62,977 nucleotides of DNA, filler included, from Hyphochytrium catenoides (GCA_900088475.1; 9 parts of 9 records of this genome joined end to end with filler, not necessarily neighbours in it); one strand, 5' to 3'. Shown: positions 48,904-61,126, counted from the whole stretch's first letter. The notes: a model not told the origin generated them from the letters alone. Numbers and translations are program-made.

Positions 48904-50052
48904 ATGTCTGCCATCGTAATGGAAGGCCTTCGATTCCTCGTAGATATCTCCGGCGTCACACAGCAGGCGACGTGCACCCCTGGCACCTGGGACTGTGGAT
49001 ATCTTGAGAGCCTGGAGACTCTCCCGTCCAAGGACTTCAAGAAGGGCCTCCCCTCAACCTGCGCGCCCTATGACAATGAGTTCAAGGATGTAGAAGGGAA
49101 CTATGGGCTACTGATCTTCGCAGCCATTGGAATGGCGATCATGGCCTTCGGTATCGGAGCCAATGACGCCGCCAACGCTTGGTCAACGCCGGTACATTCT
49201 TATGCAATCTCTCTGCGCAATGCGTGCATTGTCGCTGGTGTTATGGAAGTTCTTGGCGCTACGACGCTGGGATATGGCGTCTCGACTTCGCTGCAGCGCG
49301 GGATCTCTGACTATAAGAAGCCTGATTGCTTCGCTTGCGGTCGCTGTGATAGCAATATGACTCAGTACTTCGTCGGCATGCTCTCAGCGCTGTATGGCGC
49401 GGGATCGTTCGTCCTTGTCGCCTCGTACTTCAAGATGCCAGTCTCTACCACGCACGCCATTGTCGGCGGTGTCATCGGTATGACGGTCTCCGCTGTGGGC
49501 TTTGACTGTCTGGACTGGAAGTTTGACAAGCTTGGGGGCATCATAGCATCTTGGGGCATCTCTCCTGTTGCCTCTGCTATTATTGCTATCATTGCCTACT
49601 ACGCTACGTACTTCTCCATCTTCAAGGCGCCTTCCCCTCGGAAGATGGCTTACATTCTACTGCCTGTTCTCTACTTTGTCGTCTTCTTCGTCATCATCTT
49701 CCTCTGCATCACCAAGGCGCCTGTCACCAAGACACTGGAGCAGTACTGGGGCTACGTTGGCGGTGCTATTGGCGGAGGAGCAGCCGCCGCTGTCGTTGTC
49801 GTTGTGCTGCTGCCTTACTGCCGCAAGAACATCCCTTCTGTCAATGAGAAGAATAGGCTCAACCAGGCTAACCTTATGGCTCTTCGCGACGACGCTGGCC
49901 AGAAAGATGGCGCTGCTGCCAAGGACGTTGATGTCGTCGATGCTGCTGCTGCCTCTCCTCTAGGCAAGTCTCCGATGATGGTTGCAAACCCTGAGGCTAT
50001 GCTTAGTCCGAACCCTGAGCGCGCGTCCATGCAGGTCATCGCTGAGTATGAG
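48904..50052 (+). CDS. PiT family (Pho89/SLC20-like) phosphate symporter, copy B, N-terminal half (truncated at gap)
   Basis: IGANDAAN, MPVSTTHAIVGGVIG, IIASWGISP; close paralogue of copy A; true start MSAIVMEG at 48904 (the longer ORF-track N-terminus is microsatellite read-through). Confidence 0.95.
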
Positions 50053-50152
50053 NNNNNNNNNNNNNNNNNNNNNNNNNNNNNNNNNNNNNNNNNNNNTTAA
50101 TTAATTAANNNNNNNNNNNNNNNNNNNNNNNNNNNNNNNNNNNNNNNNNNNN

Positions 50153-51160
50153 GTAAGAAGTGTGAAGGCAGCAAGAGCAGGAGGAGGTAAAGGTGCAGCA
50201 GGGAAAGGCATAACTCTAGCTGACGATGGGCGAGAGCGGCAATGGGCCCTCAAGGCGCGAGAACTGGTCGTCAAGACTACGTCGTCCGGGACCACTGCTA
50301 AAGAGAAAGGAAGAGCAGGTTCTGACGACTGCTTTTCCTATGAGATTGTACCTGCCGCGAAGATAGAAGGGGTGCACGAGATATCGAGAGGAACAGTGGC
50401 ACATGCTCTCATGTCTCGCGCTCGCACTGAGCGGTACTTTAAGGCCATCTACAAATATCCAAGAGTCTTCTCTCTGTGCATCGTGCTAGGAGAGCTACTC
50501 TCGGCAGTCCTTGCTGCAATTGCTCTCGTCACGCGGAGTGAGAGAGAGAGAAGAGTGACCGCCATTCTCAGCGTTGTCTTCCGCACAGTCTCTCTCCCTC
50601 TTTTTATGGACCTTAGTGTCGTGGTCGTGAAGAAGATTTTCCGGTGCTTCCACTTTTGGTTCTTAGCAGGAGAGATTGCCTTCTTCAACCTTGTCTTTTG
50701 CTTTGCAATGGGCGGAGACATTCGCTGTCTCTTGGTGATCACTATGGGCATTTCTATGCTATACGGGCTTGTCTTTGACGCGGCTCCGAAGAAGTTGAAG
50801 CGCCTTCTGTCCATTGCAATGGCTGCAGCGCTCTTCCTAGAGGTCTGGGTACTGGTTCTCTTTAACCTTGAGGGCGTCGTCCCTGAGGCAAACTTTGTCC
50901 CCTTCTCGATAGCCCCTCCAGAATGGGCGATGCGCCATAAGCATTTGGAAGAGGACCATGAAGAGGAGACAGAAGATGCTATTGCGGCGGAGTTGTTGGA
51001 ACATAACAGCGACGTTGGACGGCATGAAGCGCTGAACTTCGCCCTTGGCTGCCTGCTGACGATCTCTCTCTTTACGGCGAAGAACATTTGGCACGCCTGG
51101 CGCTCGACAACGATGGTGATGCTCACAGGTGGGCTGAAGATCAAGCGACCACAAGGATGA
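50153..51160 (+). CDS. Multi-pass (~7 TM) membrane protein of an oomycete-type uncharacterised family, 5'-incomplete
   Basis: Several hydrophobic helices; pattern KIFRCFHFWF...GDIR...FDA recalls the F-x-F-W-F / D-x-R / DA pattern I remember from expanded oomycete TM proteins (not searched). Confidence 0.7.
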   Translation, partial: VRSVKAARAGGGKGAAGKGITLADDGRERQWALKARELVVKTTSSGTTAKEKGRAGSDDCFSYEIVPAAKIEGVHEISRGTVAHALMSRARTERYFKAIYKYPRVFSLCIVLGELLSAVLAAIALVTRSERERRVTAILSVVFRTVSLPLFMDLSVVVVKKIFRCFHFWFLAGEIAFFNLVFCFAMGGDIRCLLVITMGISMLYGLVFDAAPKKLKRLLSIAMAAALFLEVWVLVLFNLEGVVPEANFVPFSIAPPEWAMRHKHLEEDHEEETEDAIAAELLEHNSDVGRHEALNFALGCLLTISLFTAKNIWHAWRSTTMVMLTGGLKIKRPQG

Positions 51161-52326
51161 CCAGACGCAATTATTGAAGAAGAGTGACGCTGGCTGTTAT
51201 ATGTGTACTCTTTACTAGTCGTTCTCTCATCCCTGCAAGCCATGGAAGGTGTACCGACTAGCGAGGGGTTCGGGGCCTCCCACTGGGCAGAATGAAGCGT
51301 CTTTCGTCCAGATTTAGTAAAAGATGGTAGAGGTTGCCTTCTTGACTCTCTCTCTCTCTATTGTTAGGATGGCCTGACTCTCCATTTGCTCTCCTCTTCG
51401 AGGGAGTCCTCATCGTAACTTCTCCTATTCATTCCTCAGCTAGGCTATCCGTTAGGAACTCTACTTGTTCCGTCACTCAATCAATAAACTCCTCTTTTCT
51501 CTGCTGCTGGAAACAAGCACTGTTGATGAGCTCGTGGCACGAAGTCTTCCTTCTCTACCCGATGGTGCTACTGCTGAGAGCCTGTTGGCCAGCCGAGGCA
51601 AGGAAAAGCTAACCACCTTCGCACACATCAGTCTTCTTACATCACCTGCAGAGGTGGCTAACGATAGTCATACATAGAAGTCTTAACATATATGGTACTA
51701 TTATGACCAGAGCATAATTCAGACTGCTTGCTGTTGGCTGACCAGCCGTAAGTCTACTCGAGAGGGGCGATGGTAGCGAAGAGAAGAAAGGCGACAGCTA
51801 GAGAAGGAGAGAGGCACGGGAGAGAAAACGTGAGAAGAGAGAGAATGGAAGAATGCGGGAGGAGCGAAGGCTTGTGCAAAGTGCATCTACTACTGTTGGC
51901 GATGTATATCCCGCATTCTTGGGCTTTTTAAGAGGAATGCTGGCTGCTACCTCGCGGTGAAAGAGGTAGCCTAACGGATGAGAAAGGAGATGTGCTGCTG
52001 ATGCTTTGTCTAGTAATCCTATCGAGTACTCACTCTTCTTTGTGATCCCGCACTTTGTTCCCCTGCAGTCTTAAATATTCTGCTTGTCAACATCGATGGT
52101 TGCTCTTCGGTCGGTGCTCCCAAGACTTTCTTATTAGTGCTCCCAAGACTGACTTATTGAACTGTATCGACAGAAGTTGACGTGACCGGTGCCTCTTCTA
52201 TAGAATGATAAGGAGAGAAACCCACGCGTACGCGAGAGTGAGAGAGAAAGGAGAAGAGGAGAGACTAAGAGAGAGCTTGCGGCCTCCGATCGCTCTTCGG
52301 CACTTTTTTTGCCAGTCTCTTCAAGG

Positions 52327-53011
52327 TCAAGTCGCGATGACCTGACAGGGATTCGTAGAGTCTCCAATGCAGACAAAGCGCACCAGCAGCTCCATCTGAT
52401 GGAATGCGTTCGTGAAGCTCGTGAAGTAGACAAAGAGGAGCAGAGGGACTGTGACCCGAGGCCGTGGGTTGGCAGAGGCCAACGAAGAACCGAAGAGTTT
52501 CCTTCTATAGATGACGAGGACGATGAAGAACTCGCTAAAGAGTCTGGCGCAGGCAATGATAGTGAAGGGAAGATAGGAGGAGAAGGAGAGAGGAAAATCC
52601 ATGACGTGGACAACTCTTTCTCCGCTGCAGTTTCCTTCTGAGGCCAGACCGGTCGGGGAGATGTGTAAGAGCTGGAGAGTCAGCATGGACACGATGGTGT
52701 GGATTCTGTGTGGAGCAAGGCGACAAGAACGTCAGCAGTATTGAGAGGGAACATAGGCTAACAGCCGAAGGCCACTTGATGGCGGAGTAGAAAGAACGAC
52801 AAAGCTCATCTAATGGAGACACCCCGAGTCCGCATTGAAAGAAAAGCAGTGAAGAAGGCTCTACATTCCAGAACGTTCAACAACATGGGAGAAGCAAAGG
52901 GAGGCGAGGAAGGAGACAGATAGGAGAGAGGAAGACATCAGACTAAAGAAGAGAAGACGAACAGCTAAGAGGTTATCAGGGCGGGTACAGAGACCGGAGA
53001 GCGAGAGAAGG

Positions 53012-53052
<41 letters not shown>

Positions 53053-55637
53053 CGACAGAGAGAGAGAGAGCGAGAGAGCGAGAGGAGCAGCCTTGGCAAT
53101 AAGGAGATGAAGAGAAGGATGGAAGCTACTCACTCTCCTCCATAGGAGCACCACTCCCATACAGTCCTAATGCTCACATGCTCAATAGAGCGAGACTGAT
53201 AGCTGAACCTGCGACTGGTGATGACGCCCCGCCGTGCCACCAGGCGCTTTACCCTGTTGACTATACGTTGAAAGCCATCGCACTTGAGAAAGACTTCCAG
53301 CAGCAGTGTCACTATGGCCTGGTAATACACAGGGACCAAGCTCTGTCCTGGCTGCGTATAATGGACTAGCAGCCCTTCACCAAAGGAAGTGACCCAGATG
53401 GAGGTGAAGGTCGCCGTGGCAAACGTGACGCTCTCGTTCGGGGGTGTCCCCGTTATCATGTGGGCGTAGGAGTAAGTGTAGCGCACCATCAGCTGGAACA
53501 GGGCCCCAAAGATAGAAAAGCCGTAGAAGAGAAAGTTCCAGCCCCACCCGCGATTGATGAAGCCAAACACCTGCAGGGCGCTGATGTTCCAAATCTGAGT
53601 GAAAGAAGAAGGTGGAAGAAAGACCATGAGCGATGTCAAAAAGAAGGTGGAAGAGAGAGAGAAAAAAAGGGAGAGAGAGGAAAGAGAGAAAGAGAGAGAG
53701 AGAGAGAAAAGAGAGAGGAGAGACGAAAGGAGAAAAGGTATCCCGCGTCGTGACTTGTTGGAGGCTCCTGGGGGCGAAGAGGAGCTCTGGTAGGTAGAAC
53801 GAGCGAGTGGATAAGGGCTAACTCTCCCTTTCTTATCTCTCTCTTTCTCTCCGTTTCTCTCCCTCTGTCTCTCTCTGTCTCTCTCTGTCTTCCTCTCTTT
53901 TTGAAGGTCTTTCTGACGCAAGCTCTCCGTACCTGCATGACACTCGTGACTGTGAGGATGGGCAAGAGCTGCCTCAGTCCCTCATAATAGCCATACTTCC
54001 GGACTCCATAGAGCACCAGCCAAGTTGAAGCGGAGATGAGGGCAATTTCAGGCTCATTAGGAAAGACGGGGATTAGCAGGTAGATGCTGCCCCAGGAGAT
54101 GAAGGACCAGAAGACAGGTACTGACCAGTTCTTCTCTCTCAAAGCGTAGCTAGAGCACCAGAAGAACATCCAGACAACCAGAACATAGAAGGATCCCCGG
54201 CGGATGGCTGTCCTTATAGTCTCTGGGGAGAAAGGACTGCAGAGGCAGCTGACAGAGGAAAGAAAAGCAATGAGATTGCGCATAATATTGATGTGAGAGC
54301 AGAGCTACAGAGAGAGGTAGAGAGGAGCCTAGGACAGAGAGAGAAAGACAGACAGACAGACAGAGACAGAGACAGAGACAGAGACAAAGAGAGAGAGAGA
54401 GAAAAGAAGCCGGGGCAAAGAGATCTGGGACGACGTAGAGAAAATTTAAAGATAGAAGAGATCAAGAAATCGAGGAGAAGTGGGAGTAGAGAACCAGTAA
54501 TATGTTTGAAAGCGAGACAGCTTGGCAGGGAAGCAACCAGGACAGACTGCATAGATACGCAGGAGGATTGGCAATGACAAGATCGAAGAGGCTTAAAGGC
54601 AAAAAGACCGAGCGAGCCAGATAAGGAAAAAAAGTGCACAGCAGGGCGGACGAGGTGGAAAGGAAGGGCATTGTTTGGCATTAAAGAGGAAGGAAGAAGA
54701 GTGAGAGTGCATCGAGGCGAGGTAGAGGCTCTCTTACCTCACTATGTTAGACTGTATGCAGAGAGGAGAGAGAGCATCATTGCTCAGGTGTATCAGAAAC
54801 GCTGCAAGAAAGAGAGACAGAGCGCTAAACAATGAAGCACCGAGACGGATAACTCTGCAAATCGCATAGTCCCGAACGTGGAAGACCTTTGGCGATGGGG
54901 TCTGGGAGCCTATCGCACTGACAATCCCTGCGAGGCAGGTTCCGATAGTAAAGAGAAGAGAAGAAATGGTCGTGAAAAGAGGTTATAAGAGAAACATAAC
55001 TGGACAGGAGCAAAAGGGAAGAGAGGCAAGACCATCAAGAACAGAGCAGGACTGATGACAAAGACTGCTTGGCTGTCTCTCTCTATCTCTATCTCCTTGC
55101 TCTACGTTTCTTTTTCTGTTTCGTCTAACTCGCCGTCCATTCCCATGATCATTAGGATTCTTTACCTGTGGAGGCCTTGTGCTTAAAGTACCTCTGGATC
55201 CTTGACTCTTCCTCCTCACCAACCTCCTCTCTCCCCTCCGCTTCCTCCTTGTCGTCGCCAGGGCTAAGGGCAGGATCTCCTCCTGCATAAATCAACTGAA
55301 CAGCTTTGATGCCTGCAGCCAACAGAGAAGACGACCGGTCCTAAGCGCGACGCCTAGATAACCCTGCGCGGTTCCAAATAAAGCAGCAGATCATCTTACC
55401 TCGGTCCAGCACACTCGTAGCGGTTCCAAGTTGCCTTGTGCTGCCCCCAAGCTGCTGCTTGGAGCTCAGATAGATCTGATGAGGAGGGCCTGCGAGCGTT
55501 CCTTCGGCTCCGCCGCTTGCTCTTTCGTCTTTACCTGTTCCTGTTGCCGCTGCTGAAGGAGCCAAGGGAGTGGCTCTGGCAGCGGGACTGACGCGGACCT
55601 TTCCACTTGCAAACTTAGAAGGTGGAGGCTTATCCAT
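52327..55637 (-). CDS. Multi-exon polytopic membrane protein of unknown function
   Basis: Low-complexity first exon (MDKPPP...VLDR|gtaag); TM-rich exons ~53933-54230 and ~53135-53595; probable terminal exon ~52327-52700; exact exon chain unresolved. Confidence 0.6.
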
Positions 55638-56531
55638 CGCTAGTTCACTCTTTCAAGTCTGCTCCTCCTCCTCCCGCAAGAACCGCGGTGTTGTCGGGAT
55701 CTAAGAAATCAGGGCTGTGCCCATTAGTTTGAAACCTTTGCACCTTGCGGGCTGGAAGAGTCAGGCCTTGCCGGCTTAACCTTAAGCGTTCTTCTACCTT
55801 TGCTGCTCCTCCGTCCCTGCGGCGCGCACCTCCTCTAGTAGAAACTGTCTGTCAAACTTTGCCGCTAGATCTGCTCACAGCGCCGCACCATCCTAGTCTT
55901 CTTCTGCTCTTTATGAACGTGATGGACTCTGCCTCGAGTGACGACAGCGCTAGCATAAGCATCCTGTGGAGACTTCATTCTGAGAAGTAACGCTAGGAGG
56001 TGAAGGTTGAGGGGCTTAAAGAAGAAGATGACGGGGAGACGCTTAACAAGCAAGAAACTCAGAGGGTGCAAGGCATAAATGCTTCCTTCTTCCCATCAGC
56101 AGGCGCCTACTACGGCATGGGCAACGCCAGCGATGGATGAGAGGGAGGAGAGAGACAGGCAGGCTGTTGGAGACAAAGGAGGCTGTTGAGCTGGAGGAAG
56201 AAGGTACAGGGCGGAGAAGAGAGAGAGGAGAGAGAGGGGAGATGAGCACAAGGTTTACCACCTAAGCAAAGACAGAGTCCGTCTTGCTATCATCGTTCTT
56301 GTGCCTTTTTCTCTTCGTCTCCTCCTCTTCTTCCCACGCACGCTTTCTATTCATTGCCTTTTGTTCTCATCCTCTCTTTCCTCTCCCTCCGCTCTCTTTT
56401 CTCTCTCCCTCCTAGTCTTCCCTCACGCTCTCATTCATCCAGCACTCTCTCTTTCTCTCGGTCTCTCCACTACCTTTCTCTTCCCTTCAGGTTTCTCTCT
56501 CTCTTCTCTCTCTCTTGTCTTTCCTATTCTC

Positions 56532-56594
<63 letters not shown>

Positions 56595-57952
56595 CCCGAC
56601 CCCTTTCTCTGTCTCGATACAGACTCCATTCTGTTGTTTGCTAGGACCACCAAGTTAAGGGCCATATTTGAAATCGAAGGACCAAATGTTCATCTCTCCC
56701 AAAATCGGCTTTATTCAGATTCCGAACCTAAGTCCCCATCACAGAGGGCCGTTACAGGGCGCCTTAGTCGTTACACTCCATCACTTCAAGTGCACTACTC
56801 TGCCCGCCCTTATTATAGAAATGTATGGAGATCGTCCCGGAGGAGGAGCCAGCCAGGGGCTTAAGACGGAGAGGAACGGCAGAGGAGGAGGGAAGAGAGA
56901 AAGGAGGAAGACGAGGGAAAGAACTCCACTAGAGAAGGTGCCACCACACGGCAAGGTCGTCAGCAGAGAGGAGTCTGACAGTGCATTGTAACGGGATCAA
57001 AGCAAGAGATAAGTAGGCCCTAACTGCCGTCAGCGCACGAATGAATAGAGAAGAAGGTCGCGATAGAGAAGAAGGTCGGGACGTTAGGAGATAGGTGCGC
57101 TAGACCTTGGTTATTATATCCTCCGGCGCGCTTGACGATCCCCTATTTTGGGGAGAAGACAACATTCCGGAAGTCGTCCCGTTGAAATTGATTTATCAGT
57201 TAGGGCTATTATGCGGGCACAAAGTGGCGTTCCTTGACCACGTCCAGCCATCTGTCTGGTCTAATTTATACATTGTTAAGCATATTGAAAACGTCGATAG
57301 TCAAGATGGATAGCCACCGCAGTCGCTCAGGGCTCCCAAGGTCGTGGAGATTGCGGTCCTCGCAGGACCGATCAAATTTCAGAAGTATCCGCAGCTGACT
57401 GGCGGTGGAATTCCAACGCGAGCCGCCCCGTGGTCGTATGGACAGAAAAAGGATGAAGGCCAAGAGCCTTACCGCCTCCGTTACCATATCTCATGCACCG
57501 CGAGACGACTAACAGCAGCTCTAGCACCTTGAGTAGTAAACGAGGACTGAGCCAGCAGAATGCACCAGACACAGATTACCAAGAACGGTAGCGAGCTTTC
57601 AGGTCATTCTTGGTAATAAAAACTTGCCAGCACAACCTTTGATAGCACTGGAACAACTCAGACAGGTCTTAACAAGGAAGGGCGGCAAACACAAGCAGAA
57701 AAAGACAAAGGGATTGGCCCAGGAGTTAGCTGTGGGAAAAGCACCGCTGTAGGAGACGTAGGATTTGTTTCCTTCATCTAAGCGAACTTCACTGCTCTAA
57801 TCTCTGCTCCTTTCTCTCGTGGGGGCGCGGGGCTTCATTCTCTCTTCGCGCTTTGTACGTTCAAGCTCAAAATATCACACACGGACAAATTAGTTCTTTG
57901 ACCTCCTTGTCTGAACCCAAGTTTTGTGGCTGGCCCGTCCCCTTCCGGTCGC

Positions 57953-59103
57953 TCATTCCAATGGCTCGGGAGATAGCAAGTCTCTTTCTGACTGCCGCAA
58001 CTCTTGGACAAGAAGGTCTCTCTGTGCATTGCTATACCGCAGCTGCCGAACGAGCCACCCGTCATCGCTAAGAGTGAGGCTGTTCTCCTTGACATACGAG
58101 AAATTGTCAAGCCTAGACTCGACCACCTAGAGCCAAAGACGTCGAGGAATGGTTCAGCAAGCAGATGACAGATGTATCTAGTACTAGGAGAAGGACGGAC
58201 AAGAGACGAGTAAAAAGGATAAAGAAACAGGGATAGAAAGAAGGACTGTGGGAAAAAGCCGGAAGTTCTTAGAAGTGAGGGTGGAGTCGCTTACGTGCGA
58301 ATCCCCAGTGAACTCTAAGCTTGAGTCAAGCTTTGTTTTCTCCGTGCTCATTTCCCGGAAGTGTCGGTGTACATTTTCTAGCTCCTGCGCACGAGGTGGC
58401 GAGGTTAGGTGGAAGGAAAGAGACTAAGCTCGGAGATATTGCTATTGAAGGCAAAAGACAGCTAAAGAGTGGTGCTCTGTGCGCTGCAGCAATAAATAGA
58501 GGACTCCAGTGGCTTACATTATCGGCCTTAGGCCTGTACGGAGGCAGTAGCTCTTTCTTTAGAAGAGCTACCCAGTCTATATCTTGGAAAAATGGGTGAG
58601 AACGGATCTCCGTCGCTCCTTCGCGAGCGCCAAGTCTGTCTGTTGGATCCTTAGTCAGGAAGCCGCAAATGATACTTTGGCAGTCTTCTTCTAGCGGTGG
58701 ATGGACTTGGAAAGAGACTTCCATATGCAGGATGTTATCATACACTCTATATAACAGCTCGTCGTCAGACATTGAAGACGATGAGAGAATAGACTAGCGA
58801 AATGGCCCTTAAGCACTGGGGTCAGAATACATGGTGCAGAAGAGAGACCAGAAAGAGCAGGAGGTAATGGCAGAAGTCCCTGTGAACCAAGCCAGCCTCT
58901 TCACTCCTTAGTTCCTTCTCAGCTGATTCGGAGCACCTCTAGAGGTGCAAGCTTACTTGTTAAAGTTCTTGCTCCTGTCTTCAAACGGCGTCTTTCCGAC
59001 AGCCATCTCATATATTATGACACCCAGACTCCACCAGTCTACCGCTGCAGAGTACTGGGGCTTGGCCGTCGCTATCATCTCTGGAGCGAGGTACGCCGGC
59101 GAG
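57953..59103 (-). CDS. AGC-family Ser/Thr kinase, C-terminal half (5' part lost in gap), 4 exons
   Basis: (G)[38 protein letters not shown]...[13 protein letters not shown]...PPYRP, hydrophobic-motif-like LDNFSY; stop TGA at 57953-57955. Confidence 0.9.
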
Positions 59104-59215
59104 CTAGGTTCCACGNNNNNNNNNNNNNNNNNNNNNNNNNNNNNNNNNNNNNNNNNNNNTTAATTAATTAANNNNNNNNNNNNNNNNNNNNNNNNNNNNN
59201 NNNNNNNNNNNNNNN

Positions 59216-61018
59216 AAGTTCTTAGCAATGCCCAACAGTGTCCTCTTCATCTCATCGGCGTCTTCATTATACATTGTGACCGTAATGAAGCACTTGATGT
59301 TTCGCTGTAGCTGCTCTGACCGTAAGACAAATCCGTCTTGACTGAATGTAATCGGCTGCTTCGATGTCACAGCTGTGTACCTAGGAACAGAAGGGTTTAA
59401 GTGATCCTGGAAGAAATAGAGAAAGTAGAAAAGTCAGCGCAGTTTTTCTTTCCTAACCTCAAGTTTCTGAATTCAATGTCTGTATAGGGCGGAGGCCTGG
59501 AGCCCCAAGTCTGCTTTACAAGGTCGATCTCTACCATGTGGATGGCGCCCTGTAAGGAAGGCGTGAGCATTTTCCTCCAATCGCCTTCTCTGGCTAAACG
59601 CTCCAAAAGGTAAAGCTTTCCGTACCTGACTCAACTCCTCAGGCAACGCCTCTTGTGAGTCTTTGTAGTCCTGCAGTACTTCTGCCCGCTTGAGTAGGTC
59701 AAAGGCCTTCTCTCTCAACCCGACCTTTACGGGGCCTTCTCCCTCCCGCTTCCCCACCTCCACCAACGTTCGACCAGCCGCTAAATAGAGATCTATAGCC
59801 TTGGAGTAGTCCTTCGCGTTCTCGGCTTCCACAGCCGCCTGAACAAGCCTGAAAGCTGCTCCGTAGGAGACGTTCGGATCTGGGGCCACAGCGCCTTCGA
59901 ATCCCCCCGGAAGATCCTGTTACAAGTTGGGGGATCAGTCAAGTGAAGTCTTTTTCACTTTCTCCTGAGCTGTAAGGCTCAAAAGACGCTGCTTCTCTAG
60001 CAGCCAAACCCTCATTCGACTCCTTCAAGATCTCTTACTTTACTTTCGAAAAAGAAAGCCGAAACCAACTCAGGTAATATAATAGGCCAGAAGACATATA
60101 GAGGCGATACGGCTAATGGAAGCTAACCCACAGTGAACACGTAATTGATTCGACATCTCTCACTGTGAAGACCAAGGCAGTGCAGACAGCAGTAAGAAAG
60201 CCCTGACTCCGATCAAGAGTAATTCCGTTCATAGACCCAGACTTACCCTGCCCACCCTGCGGCTGGCAACCTTCTCTAGCTTGGCACGAATCTGGCGGTT
60301 TGCAGTCTCGTCATCCTCCTCCAGATAGTTTCCCCGCCGGACTGGCTGAAGGAAACTCCTCGGCTCTTCACCATGGTGGACCTCATCTTGCCAAACCTAC
60401 AGCTTGAAGTGAGACGAGAAGGACCACGGGTGGAACGAAGGGGAGACTGAAATACAGAGAGCACTGGCTAGAAAATAAGACCTAGGACCTAAGGAAAAAT
60501 GACAGTTGAGATTATGTCAAACAAGGGAAAGAAGGAAGGAGGGACAAAAGATAATAATGTCATACTCTGAAGCTTACCTCCACGCCCTCATCCACGACTC
60601 TGTTGCTGAGGTACATGCTTTCTTGGTTGAAGTACGGCCTCAAGCGCTCGGTGGAATCCGTAGAGTCGGGGGAGGGAGCGGGTGGAACTTGCGGTGGAGG
60701 ATGAGCGTATCCTTGACCTATGGTCACCCCCGGAGCCGGCTGGCCATCCTGCTGGCCAAACTGCTGGCCATTGGGTCGTTGCTGGGGCTGTGTGAAGCGC
60801 TGGGTGGGAGGCTCATTGAAGGCATTGGCTGCACCTTGGGGCTGCGCTCTGCCTGAAGTGCGTGCGAGCATATATGAAACATCCGCCGCTTCATTGTCAA
60901 ACTCGTCGGACAGCCTTATGTCTTTAGGGCAGGAGGAGGAGAGCGAGGATGTCAGTAGATCTTTCTCCTTTTCTGTCTCATCTGCTGTCTCACCTGAACT
61001 TCCCTGTCGATGCGCCAT
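59216..61018 (-). CDS. CHS: Chitin synthase with N-terminal MIT domain (oomycete-type), 5 exons, catalytic core lost in gap
   Basis: MIT helix bundle [24 protein letters not shown]...[15 protein letters not shown], spliced in frame to EFRNLR|[20 protein letters not shown]...[14 protein letters not shown]...TL.G.AK, the start of the CHS catalytic domain. Confidence 0.9.
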
Positions 61019-61126
61019 TCCTTGTTNNNNNNNNNNNNNNNNNNNNNNNNNNNNNNNNNNNNNNNNNNNNTTAATTAATTAANNNNNNNNNNNNNNNNNN
61101 NNNNNNNNNNNNNNNNNNNNNNNNNN

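Noticed and set aside
24816-50052. Phosphate/inositol gene cluster (ITPK1, EEP protein, two PiTs, with the PH protein nearby)
   Set aside because: Genes lie on different linker-joined contigs, so adjacency is unverified; unrelated genes are interspersed
59095-59115. Apparently aberrant AGC activation loop [12 protein letters not shown]
   Set aside because: A CTAG splice acceptor precedes SPAY; the spliced product is likely the ordinary G-S-P-A-Y-L-A-P-E
14890-61082. Eight recurrences of the palindrome TTAATTAATTAA as a biological repeat, CRISPR-like array or piggyBac TTAA site
   Set aside because: Always centred in a 100-nt N pad; a six-frame-stop assembly linker
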